In this document: positions 46,081 through 53,333 of the stretch, one piece after another | Layout: each line of letters opens with the position of its first letter | Numbering within the stretch: position 1 is the stretch's first letter | Source: Gemmatimonadota bacterium | GTDB taxonomy: Bacteria; Gemmatimonadota; Gemmatimonadetes; Gemmatimonadales; Gemmatimonadaceae | Direction: 5' to 3' | Assembly (NCBI GenBank): GCA_016704465.1 | Contig: JADJAD010000006.1 | Span: 380,021-444,020, forward strand | Length of the DNA stretch: 64,000 nt | Translations under genes and position numbers: made by a program | Notes under the pieces: model-generated | Told to the model about the DNA's origin: nothing | The model's database searches: none | The model's input: the letters and a program-made list of their open reading frames with translations, nothing else

Positions 46081-46917
46081 TACCAGCACACTCCCGCATT
46101 TCCGGCCTGTCTCCACGCGCGCGTGTGCTGCGGCGATGTCGTCGAGCGAGAAGCGTGAGTCGATCAGCGGTGTGAATCGTCCGTCGGTCGCCATGGCGAC
46201 GAGCGTGCGCAAGTCCTCCACGCGCATGCGGGCGTACGGTGCGTTACCCACGGTGTCGCCGATGACAGGATAGCGAATGCCTTCGGACGCGAAATCGGTG
46301 CGCGTGTAGTCGACCACCTGTGTGGCGCCGAGTTGTTGGACCAGCTGGCGATTGGCCCCACTGCAGACCGCCGTGACATCCGCGACGGCGGCGACGGCGA
46401 GCTGCACCATCGCGGACCCCACCGTTCCCGAGGCGCCGTTGATGAGCACGCGCTCGCCGGCCTCGAGCGCGCCGCGTCGGAAGCAGTCGAGCGCGGTGGT
46501 ACCGCCAAAGGCGAGTGCTGCCGCCGAGGTGTAGGAGAGCGCCGCTGGTTTGTGCGCGATCGCGGCGTTCGCGGTCATGCAGCAATACTCCGCGTGGGCG
46601 CCAAGCTTCAGGCCTGGATATGCCACCACCGCATCGCCACAGGCAAAGTTGCGCACCGACGCACCAACGGCGAACACAGCACCGGAGCATTCGCTTCCCA
46701 GCACGGCCTGTCGCGGCGCGGTCACGCCGAATGCGAGTCTCCCTGCGAGGCCAACGCCGTGCGGCATGCTGAGGCTGCGCATTCTCCAGTCGGCGGACGA
46801 CACGGTGGATGCGCACACGCGAATGAGCACCTCGGCGGGACCGGGCTCTGGCCACCGGATCTGTTCAATCTCGACCACGTGCGGCGGTCCGTAGCGTCGG
46901 ACCACCCCTGCTTTCAT
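46081..46917 (-). CDS. Zinc-type (MDR) NADPH:quinone oxidoreductase-like protein; no stop codon of its own
   Basis: The start is MKAGVVRRYGPPHVVEIEQIRWPEPGPAEVLIRV (ATG 46917). The Rossmann motif is VLINGASGTVGSAMVQLA. The conserved end is ...AHARVETGRKCGSVLV. The frame then runs on without a stop into the next gene, to 45391. Confidence 0.6.
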
Positions 46918-46931
46918 GTGCGATGACATGG

Positions 46932-47672
46932 TCAGGGCGTGGCCCTGCGACGGCCCCACCTCCAGGCTGTGGTCACGCCAACCCTGATCGCGTAGAGCTC
47001 GGCATTCGAACGTTTGATATCGAAGGCGAGCGAGCCATCCGGATTGTCCGACACGCCGCCCTGGATGAGGTAGTTGCGGCGACCGTGTCCCTGATAGGCC
47101 ACGCCAACGTCGATGGTGGTGCTCCGGTGCACCGGCACGTGAATGCCAAGGCCGCCACTCCAGGCCAGCCCGGTATCGCCGAAATTCTCGTCGCCTGCGA
47201 CGATGTTCGGCAGGATGCCCCCACCGAGTCCGCTCACGGTTGCAATGCGGCTTACCCCGAGCAGTCCGTAAGCGTATGTACGGAGCGGTCCGACGGGGAA
47301 TGCAAACTGAGGACCCACGCCGAACGAGAGGATTCCGTTGGCCGTGGTGACATCCACCGCAATCCGACAGCCCGGAGTGGTGCCGACGCAGGTGCGCTGA
47401 CTCTCATGACCGTAATTGAGCCAACCGCCCTGGAGACGGATCGCGGCCAGACCATGGCGGTCGATCCGGAGCAGGACGTGCGCCTGTAGCCCTGCGGCGT
47501 TGTTGACGTTCTGTTTGAATGCGCCGACCGGTTGGCCAATGTCGGCGGCCAGACCAACGTACCACCGTGGAATGACCACGGTACTGGAGTCGACCGCAGG
47601 CGGGCTGGCCTGTCCCGACAGCGGGGATCCGACAGAACCGAACCCGACGAGCAAGGTGACGACGAAACGCAT
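46932..47672 (-). CDS. Hypothetical outer-membrane beta-barrel protein
   Basis: The signal peptide is MRFVVTLLVGFGSVGSPLSGQA. The sequence is Gly/aromatic-rich with alternating strands. No family was recognised. Confidence 0.55.
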   Translation of the reverse strand: MRFVVTLLVGFGSVGSPLSGQASPPAVDSSTVVIPRWYVGLAADIGQPVGAFKQNVNNAAGLQAHVLLRIDRHGLAAIRLQGGWLNYGHESQRTCVGTTPGCRIAVDVTTANGILSFGVGPQFAFPVGPLRTYAYGLLGVSRIATVSGLGGGILPNIVAGDENFGDTGLAWSGGLGIHVPVHRSTTIDVGVAYQGHGRRNYLIQGGVSDNPDGSLAFDIKRSNAELYAIRVGVTTAWRWGRRRATP

Positions 47673-47698
47673 GGCAGAAAAGCGATGGGTGAGAAAGA

Positions 47699-47776
47699 CC
47701 TTACAGTGTAAGGTTCAACGTACGCCGTAAGCGTGACGGAGTCAAGCCGCCTGGCCGCTTGCCTTACACTGTCAGT
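47699..47776. promoter_or_regulatory. Two copies of a TetR-type palindrome: CCTTACAgTGTAAGG (47699-47713) and CCTTACAcTGTCAG (47762-47775)
   Basis: Read directly from the 120-bp divergent intergenic region between the 46932-47672 gene and the TetR gene. Confidence 0.5.
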
Positions 47777-47792
47777 ACCTCTAGTGTACCGC

Positions 47793-48443
47793 ATGCCTGC
47801 TGCCCGACGCCTTCCACTCAGCCCGGATCGCATTCTGCGCGCTGCCATCAAGCTGGCCGATCGGCAGGGGCTCGAGGCGCTCTCCATGCGAAGGCTCGCC
47901 ACGACGCTCAAAGTCGAGGCGATGTCGCTCTACAATCACGTCGCCGGCAAAGACGTGTTGCTCGACGGCATGGTGGATATGATTATCGGCGAAATCACAC
48001 TGCCCGAGCGCGGTGGTGATTGGAGATCCGCCATGCGTGCGCGCGCCATGTCCGCGCTTGCGGTGCTGACGGCCCATCCGTGGGCGCCGATGCTGATCGT
48101 GTCGCGCATCAACGCCGGACCCAACATGCTGCGCTACATCGACGCAACGCTCGGCACGCTGCGCGAGGCAGGACTCTCATGGGAAGAGACGGATCGCGCG
48201 TGGAACACCATGGACAACTACATCTACGGTTTTGCGCTGCAGCAGCAGAACTTCCCCGTGAACCCGGACGACTACGCGTCGGCCGCCGCCAGCTACCTGC
48301 CGATGTTGCCCGCCGACCGCTATCCGTACATGCATGCAATGACCGCTCGCGTTGCAGACGGTTCGCACGACGGCACGCTCGACTTCGGCTTCGGCCTGGA
48401 AGTGATCCTCAACGGACTGGAGCGGCTGCGAGAGCAACAATAG
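47793..48443 (+). CDS. TetR-family transcriptional regulator
   Basis: Inner part of track ORF 47733-48443. The HTH region is ILRAAIKLADRQGLEALSMRRLATTLKVEAMSLYNHVAGKD. Confidence 0.85.
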   Translation: MPAARRLPLSPDRILRAAIKLADRQGLEALSMRRLATTLKVEAMSLYNHVAGKDVLLDGMVDMIIGEITLPERGGDWRSAMRARAMSALAVLTAHPWAPMLIVSRINAGPNMLRYIDATLGTLREAGLSWEETDRAWNTMDNYIYGFALQQQNFPVNPDDYASAAASYLPMLPADRYPYMHAMTARVADGSHDGTLDFGFGLEVILNGLERLREQQ

Positions 48444-48455
48444 GGACGGTGTAGC

Positions 48456-48764
48456 TGGACCGTGTTCCATCCGCCCCGCGGCAGCGGGTGAGCGGGGCTG
48501 CGGCCCGTCCTGATCCTCAGTCACGACGTCGTCAACGCGCGCCCCGGGACGGCCATCGCCTTCGCCCGCACCAGCCAACCGCAGCAGGCGGGGTTTTCCC
48601 TCAGGCTGGAGTCGGCCGGCGTGAACCTCCCGAAGCGCTCGTCGGTAAAGAGCAGCCAGATTCGCACGATCGCTGCGGAACGAATCGGCCGGCGCATCGC
48701 GCGTGCCTCACACGAGGAACTGGCGCAAGTGCCCGAAGGGCTCAAAGAGATTCGTGGCGCCTAA
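48456..48764 (+). pseudogene. MazF/PemK-family toxin remnant (no start codon, in-frame TGA at 48489)
   Basis: The frame reads WTVFHPPRGSG*AGLRPVLILSHDVVNARPGTAIAFARTSQPQQAGFSLRLESAGVNLPKRSSVKSSQIRTIAAERIGRRI. It begins 3 codons after the TetR stop, and there is no antitoxin gene upstream. Confidence 0.5.
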
Positions 48765-48936
48765 CGGGCGCTGGGGCAGACGCGGGCACGACTGACTCGT
48801 GCGCCTTCGGGGCGCACTCGATATGACGCCCGCGCTGCTCAACGTGGACGTCTACCCCGCTTCCGACTGGGGTTGCCACCGCAGGTCGATGTCCGGCATG
48901 GCCGACTAGCAGTTCACCCCCGACTTCGAACCGGAA

Positions 48937-49140
48937 GTGCTGCGCACGTGGCCTTACCTCCGACGCGAGTGGTGTACGTGGGTGATCGAGCATGCCGTGC
49001 GAGAGGAACCCCAGGAGAACAATCGGGTCCGATTCTGGGCCGCGATTCCGGAGCTGGAAGGACGATACCTCCGCGTCGTCACCCTGGCCGACCGCACAAC
49101 GATTCACAACGCCGTCCTCGACTGCGGGTTCGTCCCATGA
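48937..49140 (+). CDS. Small hypothetical protein, translationally coupled to the next ORF (toxin-like partner?)
   Basis: 67 aa: ...WVIEHAVREEPQENNRVRFWAAIPELEGRYLRVVTLADRTTIHNAVLDCGF. The stop overlaps the next ATG (ATGA at 49137-49140). Confidence 0.4.
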   Translation: MLRTWPYLRREWCTWVIEHAVREEPQENNRVRFWAAIPELEGRYLRVVTLADRTTIHNAVLDCGFVP

Positions 49141-49634
49141 AGCTCAACTACCATCCCGACACGGATTCGCTCTACATCGACCTCTCCGAGCAACCCAGTG
49201 CGGAGCGCCGAGAAGTCTCGGCCGGCATCGTGCTCGCCTACGACGCCGACGGCAATCTGGTCGGGATCGACATCGACAATGCGCGTCGCAAGGTCCGGTT
49301 GGAGCAACTCGTGCTGAGTCTCCTCGACGCCTCCATCGAGCGCATCGCGGGTCAACGAACGCTGCACCAGCCGGGCGGGACGCGGTGGCGCTGCCTCTGG
49401 CCGCGCTTCAATTTGAGCCGCGAAAGAAGCCGCAGAACGCCTACCGCCTGGACCGGCTCGTCGATGATCCGGTGGTGGTCGAGCTCCAGGCAGTCGAGAA
49501 GCTCGCACCCGTGCACCCGGCGCAGCTCCTCACCTACCTCACGCTGTCCCCGCGCCGCATCAGCTTGCGCATCAACCTCCACACCCTGCACCTCCGCGAC
49601 AGATGCAGGCGCATGGTCCACGGCTAGCAGCTGA
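49137..49634 (+). CDS. DUF2283-like small protein whose frame runs on into gene debris
   Basis: The N-terminus MKLNYHPDTDSLYIDLSEQPSAERREVSAGIVLAYDADGNLVGIDIDNA matches the DUF2283 pattern, which is normally about 70-80 aa. Here there is no stop until 49634. Confidence 0.5.
   Translation: MKLNYHPDTDSLYIDLSEQPSAERREVSAGIVLAYDADGNLVGIDIDNARRKVRLEQLVLSLLDASIERIAGQRTLHQPGGTRWRCLWPRFNLSRERSRRTPTAWTGSSMIRWWSSSRQSRSSHPCTRRSSSPTSRCPRAASACASTSTPCTSATDAGAWSTASS
49385..49627 (+). pseudogene. C-terminal fragment of a GxxExxY-family protein
   Basis: The frame of track ORF 48992-49627 reads YRLDRLVDDPVVVELQAVEKLAPVHPAQLLTYLTLSPRRISLRINLHTLHLRD. This is typical of the family C-terminus. The N-terminal GxxExxY half is missing. 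Confidence 0.5.
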
Positions 49635-49712
49635 CGGGCCGACGGGCGGTAGAGCCGGGAGATCGCCGCAATTGCGCCAGTCCCCCTCGTTCTCCCTTGC
49701 CTCGTGGTCGCG

Positions 49713-51260
49713 TCAGGTCGCCGCCGCGGCCGCACTCCCGCGCCGCCGCTCCAACTCGACCCGCACGTCGTGCGCGCGCTCCTCCGTGATCGGATACGTC
49801 GCAATCGCCCAAATCGCGATCCCCGAGGTGAGGAATGGAATGAAGGCATCGCAGATACGCATGAGCACGATGGTCTGCGCGCTTTGCGCCCCCGCCAGCT
49901 CCACGCTGAAACCGGTCGCGTTCAACAGGAACCCACCCATCGCCAGCGCGGCCGCCATGCCGAGCTTCACGACCCACCAGAAGATCGAGCCGAACATCCC
50001 CTCGCGCCGCTGGTGCGTCTGCAGTTCATCCACGTCCACGACGTCGGCGATCATCGAACCCATGAGGGTGAACAGCCCGCCCAGGCCGAACGCGATCAGC
50101 GGGGCCGGCAGGAGGAGGAGCAGCGGATACTGCGGGTCGTAGCACAACCACTTGAGCGCATATCCCACCATCGACACGCCGGTGGACACATAGAAGGCCG
50201 TGCGCTTGCCGACGCGGGTGCTGAGCCACGTGATGAAGAAGATCACCAGGAAGGTGGAAGCCGCGCCTAACGTTCCCGAGTAGCCCGCATACTTCGCCCC
50301 CAGCTCCTGGTTGCCGCCGAACACGTAGTAGATGATCACGTAGAACTGGAACGACGAGATCATGATGAAGCCGTTGAACACCAGGAACGTCGCCGCGCAC
50401 AGCTTGATGAACGGCTTCGACTTGAGCGTCGTCCCGAATCCCTTCGAAAACTCGGCCAGGTTGCGGCGCATGGCCCCCCAGCGGCTCTCGACCCGCGCCT
50501 GCTGCTCGGCGGTGACCGCGGCGTGCTGAAAGCGCTCGAGCAGGAAGATCGCGGGCAGGATACCGATGGCGATCGTCATGATCCCGATGCCCACCGCCAG
50601 CCACCGCGCGCCCTCGACCTGTGTGGGATACCAGTCCTTGTTGGACATGATCCACAGGAACCACGGCGACACGAGGTACGCGAGCTGGCCGATGAAGTTC
50701 TGCACCCCCATGAGGCGGGTGCGCTCGTGATAGTCGGGGGTGAGCTCGTAGCCTAACGCGACCCACGGCGTGGCAAAGATGGTGTAGGCCAGGTAGAAGA
50801 TGATCGACCCGACCAGGAAGAACCAGAAGTAGAAGGTCTCGCTGCGGCCGAGCGGCAGCTGCCAGAGCAGCGCGTAGATGATCCCGGCCGCGATCGCACC
50901 AATGAAGATGTAGGGTCGGCGTCGCCCCCACCGCGAGCGCGTGTTGTCCGAGATGTACCCCATGAGGGGATCGGTGAGCGCGTCGGTGATGCGCGGTAGC
51001 GCGCCCAGTAGCCCGACGAGGGCCGGGTTCATCCCCAGCCCCAGGTTCAGCACGATGACCATGCCGCCAATGGCTGCTGCGAGCATGTTGTTGACGAACG
51101 CTCCCATGCCGTACGCGATCTTGCGCGGGAACGAGATACGGTCCTCGGGCGCGGTCTCGAAGTGGACGGCATGCTCCGCCGTCCGACCGATGCCGAGCTT
51201 CGCGTGCCAGGCGGCGACGGCGCGTTGCGCGAGTGTCCGGCGCGGGGTGCGCGCGCTCAT
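49713..51260 (-). CDS. MFS transporter, glycoside-pentoside-hexuronide (GPH):cation symporter type
   Basis: Inner part of track ORF 49713-51392. The start ATG 51260 overlaps the GH16 stop (ATGA). There are 12 TM-like segments. The motif LGALPRITDALTDPLMGYISDNTRSRWGRRRPY is typical of MelB/GPH. Confidence 0.85.
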   Translation of the reverse strand: MSARTPRRTLAQRAVAAWHAKLGIGRTAEHAVHFETAPEDRISFPRKIAYGMGAFVNNMLAAAIGGMVIVLNLGLGMNPALVGLLGALPRITDALTDPLMGYISDNTRSRWGRRRPYIFIGAIAAGIIYALLWQLPLGRSETFYFWFFLVGSIIFYLAYTIFATPWVALGYELTPDYHERTRLMGVQNFIGQLAYLVSPWFLWIMSNKDWYPTQVEGARWLAVGIGIMTIAIGILPAIFLLERFQHAAVTAEQQARVESRWGAMRRNLAEFSKGFGTTLKSKPFIKLCAATFLVFNGFIMISSFQFYVIIYYVFGGNQELGAKYAGYSGTLGAASTFLVIFFITWLSTRVGKRTAFYVSTGVSMVGYALKWLCYDPQYPLLLLLPAPLIAFGLGGLFTLMGSMIADVVDVDELQTHQRREGMFGSIFWWVVKLGMAAALAMGGFLLNATGFSVELAGAQSAQTIVLMRICDAFIPFLTSGIAIWAIATYPITEERAHDVRVELERRRGSAAAAAT

Positions 51261-52045
51261 GCGCGCACGTACACGCGGACCCAGTCCACGAGCATCGTCT
51301 GCGGGAAGACCGTGCCACCGTCCGGCGGCCCCACGTAGCCGCCGCCGACGGCGAGGTTCAGGATGATGTAGAACGGGTGGTCGAACACCCACGCGCCGGA
51401 GACGTAGCTGCGCTTGACCTCATGGTACAGCCGACCATCGACGCGCCATTCGATCTGGTCCTCGTCCCACTCGACAGAGAAGATGTGGAAGTCGTCATCA
51501 AACCGCCCCTCGCCCAGGTCGAACCTGCGGGTCAGGGCGTTGCCCGCCGAGTAGCCGGGCCCGTGCAGCGACCCATGCACCAGGTTGGGCTCCTGCCCGC
51601 GGTATTCCATGATGTCGATCTCGCCCGCCTGCGGCCAGCCGACCTGGTCCACGTTGGCACCGAGCAGCCAGAAGGCCGGCCAGAGCCCGCGACCCGTCGG
51701 GAGCTTCATGCGCGCCTCGAACCGGCCGTACCGCTGCTCGAGCAGCCCCGCGGTGGTGAGGCGCGCCGAGGTGAAGGCACTCCCCAGGAACGACTCGGCG
51801 CGGGCGACGATCGCCAGGTTGCCCGCGCCGTCCAGCGAGGCGTTGGACGCGCGATCGGTGTCGTACTCGAGCTGCGCGTTCCCCCAGTCGGTGCCGACGT
51901 CGTAGCGCCAGTTGGCCTGGTTGGGCCGCGTCCCCGCCGCCCCGGTGAACTCATCCTCCCATGTGAGGACCCAGGGGCCGGGCGGTTCGGTGCAGCCGAC
52001 GAGGCCGGCCAGCGCGAGGACGAGCGGGAGGGTGAGTCGGCGCAT
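51257..52045 (-). CDS. GH16 endo-beta-1,3-glucanase (laminarinase-like) lipoprotein
   Basis: Inner part of track ORF 51257-52534. The start is MRRLTLPLVLALAGLVGC. Motifs: WEDEFTG, WPAFWLLG, the catalytic GEIDIMEY, and FHIFSVEW. Confidence 0.9.
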   Translation of the reverse strand: MRRLTLPLVLALAGLVGCTEPPGPWVLTWEDEFTGAAGTRPNQANWRYDVGTDWGNAQLEYDTDRASNASLDGAGNLAIVARAESFLGSAFTSARLTTAGLLEQRYGRFEARMKLPTGRGLWPAFWLLGANVDQVGWPQAGEIDIMEYRGQEPNLVHGSLHGPGYSAGNALTRRFDLGEGRFDDDFHIFSVEWDEDQIEWRVDGRLYHEVKRSYVSGAWVFDHPFYIILNLAVGGGYVGPPDGGTVFPQTMLVDWVRVYVRA

Positions 52046-52074
52046 GGACTGCACGGGAGAGGGGGACGACCCGC

Positions 52075-53313
52075 CTAACGCGGGCCCACGGAGGGAAAGA
52101 GCGATGGGTCCGCGAGCGCGGCGTCGAGGATCAGCGTCGCGGCGCCGATCGCGATGCCGCGCGGCCCCAGGGCGCTGGTGACGATCTCGGAGGTGGCCAG
52201 CGAACTCACGAAGGTTCGCCGCAGCACGGTCTCGCGGAGCGGCACCAGGAGGCGCTCGCCCATGCGGGCGATCCCCCCACCGATGATCACCGCACCGGGG
52301 TTCATCAGGTTGAGCACGTTGGCCACGGCGATCCCCAGGTAGGTGGCCGCGTCGCGAATCACGCGCTCGGCGAGCGGATCGTCCTGGAGCGCGGCGTCCT
52401 CGATGGCGCCCACCGTGAGCTCGCCACGATGCAGCACGCTGTCCGGGTAGTCCGGGAGAAGGTGCCGCGCGCGGCGCACCAGCGCCGAAGCGCCCACGAA
52501 CGTCTGCAGGCATCCGCGGTTGCCGCAGTCGCACGGATCGCCGGAGAGGTCGATCGTCAGGTGCCCGATCTCACCCGCCACCCCGCCCGCCCCACGCGCG
52601 ATGCGCCCGCCAACCATGTGCCCGGCGCCCGCGCCCGTGGCAACCTTGATGTAGGTGAAGTCCTGCTGCCCGCGTCCGGCCCCCCACCACCGCTCGGCCA
52701 ACGCGCCGAGGTTCGCATCGTTGTCCACGTGGACCGGGACGCCGAACTGCTGGCGCAGCGCCTCGAACCCAGTGCGCCCGTCCCATGCCGGGAGCACGTG
52801 CGTGGAGAGCCGCTCCTGGTGCTTGGGGTCCACCCAGCAGGGGACCGCCACGCCGATGCCGACCAGCCGGCTGCGCACCCCGCCCCACCGCGCGAGACAT
52901 CGCTCGCAGAACTCGGCGATCAGCGCACGTGTCCCCGGCGCATCCGCGCGCACCGGGAACTCGCCATGCTCCCACTCCAGCACCCGCCCGCGCAGGTCGG
53001 TGAGCGCCACCGAGACGTGCGTCGCCCCCATGTCCACACCGAGAATGACGCAGGCGTCGTCCTGGAACTCGAGCACGATCGGGCGGCGCCCTCCGCTGGA
53101 CTCCCCCTCTCCCGCTTCGCGCACCAGGCGCGTCTCCAGCAGTTCACTCACGACCTCCGAGACCGTGGAACGCGAGAGCCCCGCCTGCCGGGCAATGTCG
53201 GCACGCGAAATCGCCCGCTCGTGCCAGATGAGGCGAAGCAACGAGTGCGTGAGCGTCGCGGGACGCGCGACCTCGGCGATTCCTGTCACCTTCCCTTTCG
53301 ACGACTGGGGCAC
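52075..53313 (-). CDS. ROK-family transcriptional repressor (NagC/Mlc/XylR-like)
   Basis: The N-terminal winged HTH is ISRADIARQAGLSRSTVSEVVSELLETRLV. The ROK sugar-kinase-like body has VGIGVAVP, GAGHMVGG and the Cys cluster GDPCDCGNRGCLQT. Confidence 0.85.
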   Translation of the reverse strand: MPQSSKGKVTGIAEVARPATLTHSLLRLIWHERAISRADIARQAGLSRSTVSEVVSELLETRLVREAGEGESSGGRRPIVLEFQDDACVILGVDMGATHVSVALTDLRGRVLEWEHGEFPVRADAPGTRALIAEFCERCLARWGGVRSRLVGIGVAVPCWVDPKHQERLSTHVLPAWDGRTGFEALRQQFGVPVHVDNDANLGALAERWWGAGRGQQDFTYIKVATGAGAGHMVGGRIARGAGGVAGEIGHLTIDLSGDPCDCGNRGCLQTFVGASALVRRARHLLPDYPDSVLHRGELTVGAIEDAALQDDPLAERVIRDAATYLGIAVANVLNLMNPGAVIIGGGIARMGERLLVPLRETVLRRTFVSSLATSEIVTSALGPRGIAIGAATLILDAALADPSLFPSVGPR

Positions 53314-53333
53314 TCGTTCCTCCGCGACATGGC

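Noticed and set aside
48489-48491. In-frame TGA in the MazF-like frame as a second selenocysteine site
   Set aside because: The aligned family position is Glu/Gln, not Cys. The gene also lacks a start codon, and no hairpin follows. A nonsense mutation in a remnant is simpler.
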